DNA from: Octopus sinensis
Taxonomy: Eukaryota
Assembly (NCBI RefSeq): GCF_006345805.1
Contig: NC_043003.1
Coordinates: 115,692,001-115,756,000 of the forward strand
Direction of reading: 5' to 3'
Length of the DNA: 64,000 nt
Position 1 is the first letter of the stretch; the number at the start of each line of letters is the position of its first letter. Both the position numbers and the translations under genes were made by a program. Positions 11,881 to 25,829 of this stretch are shown piece by piece. The notes under the pieces are model-generated. The model was not told the DNA's origin, searched no databases, and was given only the letters and a program-made list of their open reading frames with translations.

Positions 11881-13600
11881 TTTTTATCTCATTACGAGAT
11901 TTTGTATTGCTTTCTCATAATTTCACGATGAGGATTCACTTGTACGCTCAACCAAATTTCCTCCCGCTGAAATTAATGTGTCACAGGTTGAGGACTCCAC
12001 AGAGTCAACCAACGCAACCTAGACCGGTGTCACGTGGTATGAATCATGTATTGTGTGGACCTCTTCATTTACCACACAGCCCACCTAACGGATTTCTGCA
12101 CTTTCTTTCTTCCTGATTTCGCTTAGAGATCATCTAGGTTAAAGATAAAGCAAGAAAAATATTTATCCAAGATGCAACAGCGTGTGATTGAACCCACAAT
12201 CTCGTGGTTGTAATGCAAATCTAACCATTTGGCCGTTCGGCACCCCAAGCCATTCTTGTTGTGCTGCACATACATACTGTTAAAAATATCTGGATGATGT
12301 ATTTCGAATCCACATTTCAGAGTTATTCGTTGCCAACACATCAAATATGCACATATTCTATTTCTATTCATTTTAATCAATGCATTATTTCACACTCTCA
12401 TTGACTCCTACTTCTCTCACTCTCGACCCCTTCTCTAATTCATGCTCTCCCTCTCTCTCTCTCTCTCTCTCCCTCTTTCTATTTTCTATTTTCTACTGAC
12501 CTTCCTTTGTCGCCAGTAACTACACATTTACATATTTCTTTCTTTTTTCCACTTGTTACTTTCTTTGTTTCCTTTATGTTGCTGACATCAACATACACAC
12601 GTACACAGACACAGAGATATTTGCACACATTATATGAGCGTATGAGTATGTGCACATACACACAAGCACACACGTGTGTGCGGTTTTTGCTGACTGAGTC
12701 ATCCGAACGGTAAAGAAATTAACCACAAGCCGTAGAGCAATATATATTAATCACTGGAAGAATAACTAAATTTTGAATATTTCCCTCCCACTGTCTCTCT
12801 TCGTGTATCAATCCTTCTGTATCTCCTCTCTCTTTCACTCTCGGCCAATGAGATAGAAGGTTGCCATTTCGTTTGTCGAAAACGATAAAATTCCTCAGTT
12901 AAACAAATAAAACAAAATAAATAAAAATATTAATAACATGACAAAATGTAAAGGAAAAAAATAGTTGAACAAGGATTGAAAATGGAATGGCGAATGGAGA
13001 TGAAAAAAACAAAAAACAAATAGAAAAAGAGTTGTACTTTATTCCGAAATGGTTTCGAATTCTTTCAAATATTCAGTGATTAGGTGGTTGTTCAATTTTG
13101 CGACTGTGTAATTTTGCATTCCTGCACTTCCCTGATTTTATGATTCAATGATTTTGAGAAATATATGTATGTATAGGAATCTGTGTGTGATTTTCTGATT
13201 GTTGAATTCCGTTATTCGATGATTCAATTATTCTCTGATTCTATGACTTTGTAATTTCGTGAAATGTGGATTTCTGAGATTTAGTGATTTTGTATGAGTT
13301 AGCGATTCGTAGATTCTGTAATTTCACGATTCTGTAAGTTAACTGTCTTGTAATGGCTTGATTTTGTGATTTGGCACTTTCTGATTTGGAAATACTTTCT
13401 CTCCATCATTCGTTCATTCTCTAATTCTTTCGTTGAATAATCTCTTGGATTGATATTCCTGTGTTGAAGGATGCATATTGTAATTATGTATGTATTATTA
13501 TGCATATATGTATGCGTGCACGTTTAGAATCTTATAAACACGGTTACATATATAATATAGATATATGTGTGTGAGTGTGTCTTTGTGTGTTTGTATGTGA

Positions 13601-13635
<35 letters not shown>

Positions 13636-13647
13636 TGTATTTATGTA

Positions 13648-14190
13648 TCAGGTCATCCCATAAGTTATGTCCGATTTTTTAATAACAAAGAAAGCAAGTG
13701 ATCAAATGTTATATTTAATTGAAATTTAATCATCAATGTACTTTCCTTGATTATCTATGACTTCCTTCCATCTATCTACAAGCTTTTTAATCCCATGAAT
13801 GTAAAACTCTTTTGGTTTCAAAGCGAAGAACTCTGAAATGTCAGTTTCAACCGCCTCCTGGCTTGCGAAAGTTATGCTCTCCAAATGATTCTGTAAACTA
13901 CGAAACAAATGGTAGTCCGAAGGAGCAAGATCGGGAAAATAAGGTGGATGAGGAATTTTTTCCCAACCAAGCTCTTCGATCTTCTGCGATGTGATTTTTG
14001 CAGTGTGGGATCGCGCATTGTCCTGATGAAACATCGTTCCTTTTTGATTCACTAAAGCGGGTCTTTTTTTCTTCAAAGCTTGGTTCAAGCGCTCTAATTC
14101 CTGACAGTAGACTCGAGCATTGATTGTTGCATTTGGTGGTAACAATTCAAAGTGAATTACACCTTTGCAATCCCGCCAGATATCTAAGGT
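13648..14190 (-). mobile_element. mariner (DD34D) transposon, 3' half with right TIR; C-terminal transposase ORF 13726-14199
   Basis: IWRDCKGVIHFELL, HQDNARSH...HPPYFPDLAPSDYHLF (34 residues between the 2nd and 3rd D); TIR-like tcaggtcatcccataagttatgtccg after TA at 13646-13647. Confidence 0.93.
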
Positions 14191-14199
14191 CATCAACAA

Positions 14200-15595
14200 G
14201 GGTGAGAAAGAGGTCGGTTAGACTAGTTCATAGGTAGATGGAGTGGGCTGTAGATGATATTTTATTATAGTAGGCTTAGAACAGCGGGAAGGAAGGAGAG
14301 GTCATAATGTAAGTTAAGGAGAAGGAAAGAGAGAAATAGAGAAAGAAAGAAGGAAAGAAAGAAAGAAAAGTAAAGTGAAAATACAGGTAAAGAAAAATAA
14401 AAGCATGCAAAACAATTAGGCATAGTTTTGGGTCATAGGAATCTGTAGCTAATGCTAAATAACCAAGAGCAGGGGAGAGAGATACACGGAATTTAGGGGT
14501 TTTCAGTGGATATTGGTTGAAGTTTGGGTGAGAGTACGATGGCAATCTAATAAGTTCTAACTTTTATGGAATTGAAGCTTTAGTAAAAGAATTACCTATC
14601 AAAAAGGAATTTAAAGAAGGGTGAGGTTACATATTGAACTACACATAGTACAGATTTAGGGCGAATAGTGGATTGAATGTCGAAGGATGCCTATCGTAGG
14701 GAGTAGTCTAATTATTAACAATACGTAATGCTGTACAGGTGGTGTTGATATCCTTTGCTTACATATTATAATCACATTGTGGACGTCAGGGAAAGCAATA
14801 TTCGCGAGTAAGAGATTCGCATAGTGTGTTCAATCTATTATTTAACAAGCGCATCTCAAAAAACTGTATCTTGATGCAAGGAATAGATACCTAGTAGAAA
14901 TGGAAAAGAACTGACTAGGGTATGCAGGCTACTATTTCTAGGTTGGCTATCGTTGCTATCGCTATTGCACAATACCGGATACACCACGTATTGTGTAGTT
15001 AGTTCCTTCAATATAACATCGCATACAAGTATAGTAAGAGCAGTTAAAAGATAATTGCGCAGGGAAATCTAGATTAAGAAGACCCAGAAATAAATACGTA
15101 GATCGATCGACTAATGGACCAGCGAAAGCGAGAGTAAATTAGATTGGACCGAGGCTGATAGCTATTAGAGAGGTGCTTAAATGCCTTTAACGTATTTAAG
15201 CGCCGGGTAGCCTTATGTATACAGGAAAGGAGAAGGTCTGACTTATTATTTAGTAGATTTTCACTATTTGGTCTCTTTAAACTTACAAACAACTTCATGC
15301 AGTAAAGCCTGTGCACGTGTCTGCTATTTATGTACGGTTTAGCGACCCAAATCAAATTTAACATTGTTATCCTTGAGCTTTCAACTCTTCGTGACAAGAG
15401 ACGTCTGCACCCTATTCCAAATTGTCTTGTATGCCTTTATTTTTCTTTGCTTTATTTATTCTTTCCTTCTTCATCGTTAATTTATATTATGACCTCTCCT
15501 TACTTCCCACTGCTCTAGGCCTACTGTAATAAAATATCACCTACCGCCCACTCCAGCGAACCTCTGAACTAGTATAGCAGACTCCTTTCGCACCC
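14200..15595. repeat. Unclassified ~1.4-kb segment bounded by ~200-bp diverged inverted repeats (14200-14425 and 15410-15595)
   Basis: ctagttcataggtagatggagtgggctgtagatgatattt... versus the reverse complement of ...aatatcacctaccgcccactccagcgaacctctgaactag, roughly 80% identical by eye. Confidence 0.7.
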
Positions 15596-15862
15596 GGGTC
15601 ACTAACCATACACATCATATTACATACTTTCAAGAACTATATTCTTAAACTCAACGGCCAAATTCGTTGGTGACTCTCCTATTTCATAGTTCGCTTGGAC
15701 AGACTTCAGCCACGTCTCTGATGTAATCTTGGAGTATTCTTTTGTTTGTAAAATTACGTTTCATCTCATGATTATTGTCCTTGTATTGGAGTAATGTTTT
15801 CATTCTTTTAATAGAGTTACGTAAGAAAAAAGCTGACAATTATTCACTGTATGTTATTAGTC

Positions 15863-16034
15863 AGGCGCATGGTTGGCTGTGTTGTAAGTAGCTTGCTAAC
15901 CAACCACATGGTTCCGGGTTCAGTCCAACTGCGTGGCACCTTGGGCAAGTGTCTTCTGCTATAGGCCTGGGCCGACCAATGCCTTGTGAGTGGATTTGGT
16001 AGACGGAAACTGAAAGAAGCCTGTCGTATATATG

Positions 16035-16067
<33 letters not shown>

Positions 16068-16292
16068 GTATGTATGTGTGTGTGTGTTTGTCGCCCTAGC
16101 ATTGCTTGAAAACCGATGCTGGTGTGTTTACGTTCCCGTCACTAGCGGTTCGGCAAAAAAGAGACCGATAGAATAAGTACTGGGCTTACAAAGAATAAGT
16201 CCCAGGGTCGATTTGCGCGACTAAAGGCGATGCTCCAGCATGGCCGCAGTCAAATGACTGAAACAAGTAAAAGAGAGTAAAAAAAAAGAGAG
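15863..16292 (+). mobile_element. SINE-B, full length
   Basis: Full head, microsatellite and tail match the 2403 copy. Confidence 0.92.
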
Positions 16293-16351
16293 TCATTTGA
16301 TTACAATATGTACACACACATTATATATATATATATATGTGTGTGTGTGTG

Positions 16352-16424
<73 letters not shown>

Positions 16425-16426
<2 letters not shown>

Positions 16427-16565
16427 TGTATAGAAAATATATATAAAAATACAAAATGGGACAAGAACGCAAAACATTCAAATAGACGACACAAAAAACG
16501 GACGGGTCATTCGAAGCCTCTAATCTTCAGTCAAGAACCGAATCATCCTCGCAATTTCTACTGAT
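16425..16565 (-). mobile_element. Short (TA)n-flanked PLE-like remnant
   Basis: Minus strand ttgactgaagattagaggcttcgaatgacccgtcc followed by a pyrimidine-rich tail that abuts (TA)n. Confidence 0.4.
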
Positions 16566-17357
16566 CAATATATATATATTACATATATTACATACATAAG
16601 TATATAGAAGTGTTGTATATGTTTGTATGCATATTGACAGACAGTGATTTCTGTTACCTAAAATATAAAACCACAGAATTTAGTTGGAAACCTCTGCGTT
16701 CAAAGTGACATGAATGTTGTATGTTCATGCCTCCATTCCCCTTTTATCAAAATGTCTCCTCAGACAAGTATTCGGAAGTACTGAACAAAACAATCAGGCA
16801 TTTATGGAGGCGTCAGAATTGAATCCAGATGTGACATAGGTACAGATGAAACTTTTTACTCAGTTCTTCCAACACTTTTGGACATTTGCAGAATAAGTAC
16901 CGTAAACATTGTTTGCCGTTGAATTTTACAGTTCTACCCATATAAAATGATTTGGTTTCAAGCACGTGCACAACTGTCATAATTTATTGCATTACTGACA
17001 TTAGTTATGCAAGAAAACTGCAATACATATTTTTGTATGTTTTTTTAAAGATATCTATACACTCTCGAGTGTAAGCAACATCAATTCTTGCCTCTAAATT
17101 TTGGCGAGTATCTGTGCAGTAAAAAACAGGGTAGCATACACAATCTTTGTTTCTGCATTAGCATGAAGAGAGAATCCTCTGATTATTTGGTATATATATG
17201 TATATATACATAATATATATATATTATATATATTATATATATATATATATATATAATATAATATATATATACATACATATTATATATATATATATATATA
17301 TATAATTCTATATATATATATTTATATAATATATATATACACATATAAATATGCATA

Positions 17358-17414
<57 letters not shown>

Positions 17415-18569
17415 CTATATATATATATACATATATATATAATATAATATATATAATTATATATATTAATATATATAATATATATTATGTATATATATAT
17501 GATTTTGGTGACACCGAAGCCAATGGGAACAGCCATGAGTTTAGACGCTGAAAGTTTTAGTTAGATACAGTTATCAATACAATAAAATACACACAGATGA
17601 GGCAGGTGGACACTATGATGCGACTCGCAGAAGCGGTATCCATGGGCAAATTCCTCCAGTTACGTATTGCTGTATGTACACAACCAAGTCCCAGCTGAAA
17701 GCATACCCTGATTGTTACATTTTCAAATTCCCAAGAAAGACAACTTAGGCGTGGTCGCAATTAAACAAAGAATATTACAGCGAGATCTGTAAATGTGTAC
17801 AAAATTTGTTGATGAGATATATACAGGAAACCTGATAAGATCGTACGATGAAACCGAAACATATTTAGATAAATACTATTGTTTCATCCACCATAACTTT
17901 AACGATAGATAAGGCTGAAAAGAAGTGATGTTTTGAAGGAGAGATAAAGAAGAGCAGGGAAGCTATGTTTAAATGCTTCGTAATTGCGAATACGTAGATA
18001 CTTAGATGAAATTATGATAAATAATAAACTGAGAACAATCACAACGAGAAAGCACGATAAGTAACAATGAAATCGAACTTTAAAGACTTAAACAAAGGAG
18101 AGGGAAATTAGCGAATATCTAATTTTCTCGCGAAATTATGAAAAAGAAATCAAAACGTAGAGCATCAATCGTCGACGTGAGGACATACAGATGATTTAGA
18201 AGAGACTGGACGTCGGTTGCTGATTAACAGATCTGTGTAGCAAGGGATATATCAATATATGCAAACGGTAAAGATATGATGTCATCGAAACAGATGTAGG
18301 AAGGAAAGAAAAGCATTTCTAAGGTTACATTCGAAGTTATATCCTCTAACGTTTTTTTGAAACAATCTTAAGAGCGTTCAGTTAATCACTATACATATCC
18401 ATAATTTTTTGTTAAAATGTCTTATTGAGGAGATTCATTTCTTCACTTCCCTGAAGAGAAGATTACATTGTTTAACACCGTTTTATTCCTTTGGAATCAT
18501 ACCAGTGAAATCTTCGAAACATGTGTTGGAAGTAAAAGAATTCGAATAACACGTTCGTTTAATTCCATT

Positions 18570-18619
<50 letters not shown>

Positions 18620-18622
<3 letters not shown>

Positions 18623-19262
18623 TTCATGGTCTCCTCGCACCATTCCCCTTCTTCTCTCTCTTCCTCTTGCTCTCCTCCCCCTTCCCGTCATCCATCTGCG
18701 ACGATACTTCCGTCGTAACTGCTCCTGTCCTTTCTCGCCCGCCTTGCAAGGCTTCTGGTTGACAAATTTTCCCTCTCTGTCTTCCACGATAATCCAGCGT
18801 TTACAATACTTTTTTCGTCTGGCGTTAACAGCCCTTCTTATCTGGTTCTCCTTGTCTTGTCTCTCACTGTTATATATTTATTTTTCCACTGTTTATATAT
18901 ATATTTTTTACTGTTTATATGTTTGTACTGTTCGTTACCGTCTTGCTTTTTTTTACCCCTCTGCGAAAAGATCTCAGAATTTTAATTGATTTGCTTTTCG
19001 CGGGAAGGAATTTTTCTTCGAAGTATTAGTCTCGCTTTTATCCTTCGAAACGTTAGTAGATGAAATCTTAGCGACTGAAGAAGGGGATTTTTCGTTGTGC
19101 TTATTGTCCTGTATCTCTCCCCTTTTTTTGCTCGTCTTGTTCCTTGGTTTGTGTCTATGTGTTTCGTCTTCTCTATGTGTTCGACGTCTTTTTGGTGTCC
19201 TGTACACATATATGCGTGTATATGTACATGTAGAGGTAGGTACGTACATATATGTTATATAT
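18620..19262 (+). repeat. (TA)n-flanked dispersed repeat, homologous to 26860-27255 (opposite strand)
   Basis: Shared ttttcgcgggaagga, ccttcgaaacgt, gcgactgaagaagg, cgacgt-ttttggtgtcctgtac and tgtagaggtaggtacgtacatatatg. Confidence 0.75.
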
Positions 19263-19292
19263 ATGCATATATTCTATTTTATTAACATATAT

Positions 19293-19364
<72 letters not shown>

Positions 19365-20094
19365 TATATATATATATATATATGCATATATATATATAAG
19401 TCTTCAGTTAGATATATTCAATGAGAATATTATATACTGAATTTATATTGAGTGCTGTATTGCATCAAATTATTAATACTATTAAAGTATTAATGTATTT
19501 AATACGACCGATTATATATATTTTATATAATGTTTTATTATCTATATCGGGAAATCATTATTAAGAAATTCTTCAGAAAGATATATACGTGTGTAAAATA
19601 ATTCTTGAATTGAAAGTATAAATATATAATAATAAACATGACAGTTTAAACGTTTCGAATTAAGTTTATAAAGCATCTTGCGATCGTTTCGCAGAAATGC
19701 TCTCCCTATAATGGAATCCTATATTGATAAGTATTTATAGACAACTCTTCTGCTCTTCAGAGATATAAAATATGAAAGTTGTAAAATTTATCGAATTGAA
19801 GTTTTTTTTTTTTTTAAATATGAAGTAATATGGGAAAATGTTGTTTGAAATATAAATTAAAATTTAAAACTTAGTGCATTTGATTTTTAAGTACACTTTA
19901 GTAATAGCGTCATTAAATCCTTATTATGCTTCCTTGGTAAGTCTGCTGGTATAATTCATAATAATTTTGTGTAAAATCCATTATATTGTCTTGTATTTCA
20001 AACAAAGTTCTTAGACTTAGATAATATAGAATAATGGAATCCTATATTGAAAAGCAAGTACAGAGATTTGCATAATTTGACGTATATATATATA

Positions 20095-20127
<33 letters not shown>

Positions 20128-20909
20128 CACCTTGACCGACCAGTCCGTCAGGCGTCCATTTGACACCGCTGGTCACAGCACGCTGTTCACTCCTCTCGGG
20201 ATCGCACCCTTCTCATCCACGTGATCCCAATCGTCCTCCTGAAATCGTAACTCCTCCGTCGTGGAGGTCTTCCGGGTGGTCTTTTCCGCTCGCGCGGGTA
20301 CCACTCGACAATTGCGTGCGTCCACCGATTATCGGTGAGCCGCGTGACGTTTCCTCCCCATCTATACTTGCTGCGTGTATACTCTGCGATGACATCTGTC
20401 ACGCCGGACTTCTTTCTGATGATCTCGCTACGTATGTGCTCTCTCAACGAGATACCAAGCATTGACCTTCCATGGCTCTTTGAGCCGTTACCAGTCTTTG
20501 CTCTTCTCTTTTTGTGGTAGCCCATGTTTCACTACCATATAACATTGCAGGCAGAACTGGACTGTTAAAGAGGTTGGCGCGGGTGGTCCTATCCAAACTT
20601 ACCTTGAGTACATTCCTTATGCCATTGAACGCTTTCCATCCGGCCCTTACTCTCCGTGAGTTCTCCTTTTCGATATGTTGGCACATATTTACTTCATGTC
20701 CCAGGTAGACATATACCCTTACCTCCTCTATTTCATCACTGCCGATCACCATTCGACCTCTTGGTACGTTGTCTAACCGCATGAACTTTGTTTTCATGCG
20801 GTTCATCTTGAGACTTACTGCAGAGCTTTTGATGTCGAGCTCCATCAGCATGGTATGAAGCTGATCCGTGTTTTCAGCGATGAGTACGATGTCGTCAGCG
20901 AAACGGAGG
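20128..20909 (-). mobile_element. RTE-clade LINE, 5'-truncated 3' end (RT C-terminus), frameshifted
   Basis: YLRFADDIVL, KMNRMKTKFM, YVYLG, LPAMLYGSETW, RWGGNVTRLTDNRWT, RKRPPGRPP; (TA)n on both sides. Confidence 0.92.
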
Positions 20910-20929
20910 TATATATATATATATATTTT

Positions 20930-21146
20930 TTTCAAAATGTGACCTCGTGTGTACCGTTGGCGATTTTTTTCCTCTGTCTTCCCTTCTCTGGATCTTTCCT
21001 TCTCCTATGTTTCCGACGAAGAGCTCCACTCGAAATGTTAAACCCTCCTTCTTTCCTTCTTTCCTTTTTTCCTGAGCATCCAATAATACTATATTTTTTT
21101 CACGTCCCCGCGTTGTTTTTTTTTGTGTTTTCTTGTTTGGATTAAC
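20930..21146 (+). mobile_element. Short (TA)n-flanked PLE-like element with hammerhead-like motif at 21009-21043
   Basis: gttt-ccgacgaa-gag.ctcca.ctc-gaaat-gtt-aaac; (TA)n on both sides. Confidence 0.55.
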
Positions 21147-21156
21147 TTATATATAT

Positions 21157-21188
<32 letters not shown>

Positions 21189-21219
21189 TATATATATACA
21201 TATACATATGCATACATAC

Positions 21220-21264
<45 letters not shown>

Positions 21265-21270
21265 CATATG

Positions 21271-21345
<75 letters not shown>

Positions 21346-22944
21346 TATATAGATACAATACATACAATCACATAGGTATAGAAAAAATCCCACCTCAATA
21401 TACAAACCTATATGAACACTCATACCAAAGAATTACCCATTTAGCATTGATTGAAAAAATATTCTCACATGGACAACTGTACCCGGGAAACAGAAAATTA
21501 TGCCAACTCGGTACCGATTACTTCCACCACATTCTCAAATTTAGAAAGTCTGAATTAGTATTTTATTGTAAACAAATCTTCTCAACGCTGACAAATTTCC
21601 ATTTGACACTTTCCACTTTCCAGTAAAGATTCCCTAAACCTTTCACTAAGTATAAATTATATAAATTTTCACATGTTTTAATCCAAAGCATATGCGAAAA
21701 CTTTCCTCTATTCATGTATTTATATAGAAACATACGTGTAAAGTTTGTGGTGATTAACCTGGCTTATATAAATGTGTACACATATGTTTATAGTGGTCTA
21801 TATTTACGCACACAGTTAGGTCCAAAATGATACAAATATCTTTACTAGCATGACCCCGTGAAAGATTTGTAAAAAAATGCACAAATTTTATCGCCCCCAA
21901 ACACAAAAGTTACACAAAGCTAACAGCATTAGGAACAGGTAACACCTAGTTAGAAATCTGCTGACCAGCTTTTATCACCTAACTACGTCCTTTTGCGAAT
22001 CTTAAAACATCTTAAACAAATTTCTATAGTAAAACACATCATGACATGAAGCATTTACACACGCAGAAACACAGTTAGAAAGGTCTACAAGTCTACCTTA
22101 AATTTGAACAATAAACTCCATGCTCTTAAGGCAAATAGATTAAATCTTCTAAATGATATTTGAAGAAAAATTAAAAGGAAGTAAAGAAATCTGCTAACCT
22201 ACTAAACTTGGCACCTATTTACATTTTCTTCTGAAATCTTAAGATATATGTAAAGCCAACTTCTATAAAAAAATATCCCCATGACCTAAAGCTGATACAC
22301 CTAAATAAACGTTTTATTTGCGTATCTAGTCACTTGTAAGCAAGTGAATAGGTGTGTCACTCTTGTTTTGTAGGCACAAGATAAATAAGTAATTTTACGT
22401 AATTTTGATTTATTTCAGATCATCTTTTGCTTTGCCAGTGCAAAAGGGTGAAGGTAAAATGTTCAATATTTACACTCTTAGTAATTAAAAGTGTCAAATG
22501 TTCTTATAATGGAATTATTTTGGGTTTTAGAAAGTAATGTAAGTGGTACATTTTAGCTAGTTCGTTTGGTTTCTTGCTGCTATTGTTATTTAGGTTATTT
22601 TCAGTTTATTTTTGTAAGGCGGGGATTATTAGTCAGGCATGTCATGGTCGTATTGTCAAAGAAAATTATTTGTTTTCTGTGTTGATATTCACAAAAGAAT
22701 TTTGGTAGGTGTAAATGTTGTAGGTCTTTATTCTTCTAGAGATAATTAGATTAGTATACACAGATTTGAGAGTTAGCTTATTATAAAACTAGTATCTGTT
22801 GGCTGTGTGTTAATAAATATTTCTTCAATTCTGTTTCAAAATTGGGCACTTTTTTAGGCCTCTGCGTATTTGCGAAAGTGGGGCATTATAAAAGGTGTGT
22901 ATATATTCATGTAGGAAAATGGAAAGAAGCCACAGCATATATAT

Positions 22945-22954
22945 AGACAGACAG

Positions 22955-23023
<69 letters not shown>

Positions 23024-23087
23024 CATATGCATGTATATATACATATTTACATATATATATATACAAAGATTTTCCCTCACAATCTCT

Positions 23088-23151
<64 letters not shown>

Positions 23152-23181
23152 TGAATGATAGAGAGAGGGAGAGAGAGGGAG

Positions 23182-23254
<73 letters not shown>

Positions 23255-23255
23255 T
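22945..23255. repeat. (GATA)n, (TATC)n and (GA)n microsatellite cluster
   Basis: Directly visible. Confidence 0.95.
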
Positions 23256-23530
23256 ATGATATATGTTGATAATTATATTCATAAATATATACATACATAC
23301 ACACATATGTATGTATGTGTACTCGCAATACTCTCGTTATAAGCTTCTTGAAGATGTCTTTTATTCACATAATAGTTACAAACGAATACGCTTTTAGGTT
23401 GTCTCACGTGACGCAATGTGAGGATTAAGAGTAGCTCTGAAGCACAGAATCACCAATCACTCTTCAATCTGAACCAATCCCGACATTTACTCCTTTTGTA
23501 ATTTGTAGAGATGCACTTTATATTCGTTAG

Positions 23531-23929
23531 TGGAGGCGCAATGGCCCAGTGGTTAGGGCAGCGGACTCGCGGTCGTAGGATCGCTGTTTCGATTCCTAGA
23601 CCGGGCGTTGTGAGTGTTTATTGAGCGAAAACACCTAAAAGCTCCACGAGGCTCCGGCAGAGGATGGTGATGATCCCTGCTGTACTCTTTCACCACAACT
23701 TTCTCTCACTCTTACTTCCTGTTTCTGTTTTACCTTGTATTTCAAAGGGCCGGCCTTGTCACTCTCTGTGTCACGCTGAATATCCCCGAGAACTACGTTA
23801 AGGGTGCACGTGTCTGTGGAGTGCTCAGCCACTTACACGTTAATTTCACGAGCAGGCTGTTCCGTTGATTCGGATCAACCGGAACCCTCGTCGTCGTAAC
23901 CGACGGAGTGCTTCCATCCATCCATCTAC
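23531..23929 (+). mobile_element. SINE-A with a 62-bp flanking direct duplication
   Basis: Family A body; ctgaaccaatcc...tattcgttag at 23469-23530 and 23930-23991 (1 mismatch). Confidence 0.92.
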
Positions 23930-24912
23930 CTGAACCAATCCCGACATTTACTCCTTTCGTAATTTGTAGAGATGCACTTTATATTCGTTAGAGATTTTAT
24001 TTTGACTGATTCATTCGTTTTTAACTACTTATACATTAATTATGCTAATGCGTAATTTTGTCGTGTTTTTTCTTCTAATTTTATTTCGTAATAAACTTGT
24101 TTGTATTTTTCATTTTCTCTTTAATTTCTTTCAGGTAATACGTTGATAGTCCATAATTCTTAATACCTTCTCTTGAAGATCTTATCTCTCTTTACTCAAC
24201 ATATTTACAGACATATTTATATTTTATTAGATTTTTTGTGGTAATATGGTTTCACTACTTTGCTATTTGAAAATTTTAATTATTCAAGAAATTTTAGTAC
24301 TTTTTTATTGATGTTTCAGGGAAACATGGTGATAAGAAAAAATTTATCTTCCTCGCTATATTAAAGTTGAAGCTATAACAGTTACGCCTGTGTTACAAAT
24401 GTAATAAAAGTTTTATTACTTATTTATATCGTATATTTTCAATAACAGAAATACCACAGAAGTAATTTTTAATGGAATGCATCAAAACCTACAAGAAGAG
24501 TAGAGACAGCAAGATCAAGACTAGCAAAATACATTCTTGGCCATCAAATAGGGAATATCTGGATTTGGTGTTACTTGTTTTTAATTTATTTATTTATGAA
24601 AGAAGTACGATCCATACGTTCCAGAGAAATATTTTCTAATCAAAGCTAGAATACGAGCAAGTCAATTGGAACCAAATCCTTACCTTTTCTTCAATGATGT
24701 TCTCCCATTATGATACGTTTAAGAATATTATAGAATCGTTCGATAGATTTCCTGCAGAGAGTGATGAAGTGATAATATTAGTGGAACCATCTTTTGGCAA
24801 TAGAAACCGAATAGCTCAGAATTTAACGAACGTTGATAACTTTGATGGGAAAACTTCTGCTGTTTGTTACACTATCCTTCATGATATCCATAAGTTTTCA
24901 AGAGCAGTGGAG

Positions 24913-25329
24913 GGATCTTTTCGGTTTGAAGGGCAGTTTTTAACTTAATTTCTAGGTAACTAAAAAAATTTTAAACTTCGTGTACTGGTAGAATGTGTTT
25001 ATAAAACATCTTTTTCTCTCAGCTTTATTGAGAAAATTCTATAGATTGTAAGATATTTGTTGTTTTTTTTTTCTTCAATTTCTGCAATTTCAACCAACCA
25101 ATCAATGACCGTTTATTGAAGTTAAAGCATTCTGTGCCGTAGGAATATGTCCCTCGTTTAAGAAACAGATTGGGTTTATTTACATTTCTGAAGAAAAAAT
25201 ATACCCTTCCCACACCCCCTAACCCTAAAACAGATTGAAATGCAATAGATCGATACTAGGGTCATAATTATGGGTGATAATTTCATATGGCACCACTAGA
25301 AAAAACTGCTGCTTAAACCGAAAAGATCC
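24913..25329 (-). mobile_element. MITE with ~29-bp TIRs (GGATCTTTTCGGTTTGAA...) and 8-bp TSD; strand given relative to the 61521 copy
   Basis: TIRs at both ends; TSD cagtggag/tagtggag; second copy at 61521-61933. Confidence 0.85.
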
Positions 25330-25829
25330 TAGTGGAGAGAATAGAAGTTAACTAACAATTTGTTGCCAAATACACACATACGCATAAACATATATATATT
25401 ATAGTTTCTACACAATATAATCGGTATAAACTTGGTGTTGTAGCTAGATATTACTGAATTCATAAGAATATTGACCTAACCACATTTCCAGCAACATGTA
25501 TGACATTAGAATGCTTCAAGACTCGCAGATCACATTTACATATGCTGAATATTCCATTACCGTTTCAAGACAAAGTGCTTAGTACCCTACCTAATGCTGC
25601 CGAGGTCGATGTCGCTCTTTATTTTTGCGGGGACAATATGCATCCAGCCATAGTTAAAAAGTTCGGGAAGACTAAATTATTTGCTGATTGGGTCCACAGG
25701 GCCAAAACCACTTTTGACCAGACCCGGTAACAGCTTTATACTAATGAGCTTCATGCTCCTAAACTGTTTTCTCTTCCCCTGTTTACTTCAAAGATTTTTT
25801 TAACTATCTCTGCGATTTGACTTTTTGTT

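Noticed and set aside
21840-22900. Strand-biased A-rich/T-rich blocks suggestive of an old PLE or LINE ORF
   Set aside because: No RT motif could be reconstructed with confidence
25500-25730. 76-aa plus-strand ORF with protein-like composition
   Set aside because: Largely the antisense of an inverted copy of 26234-26352
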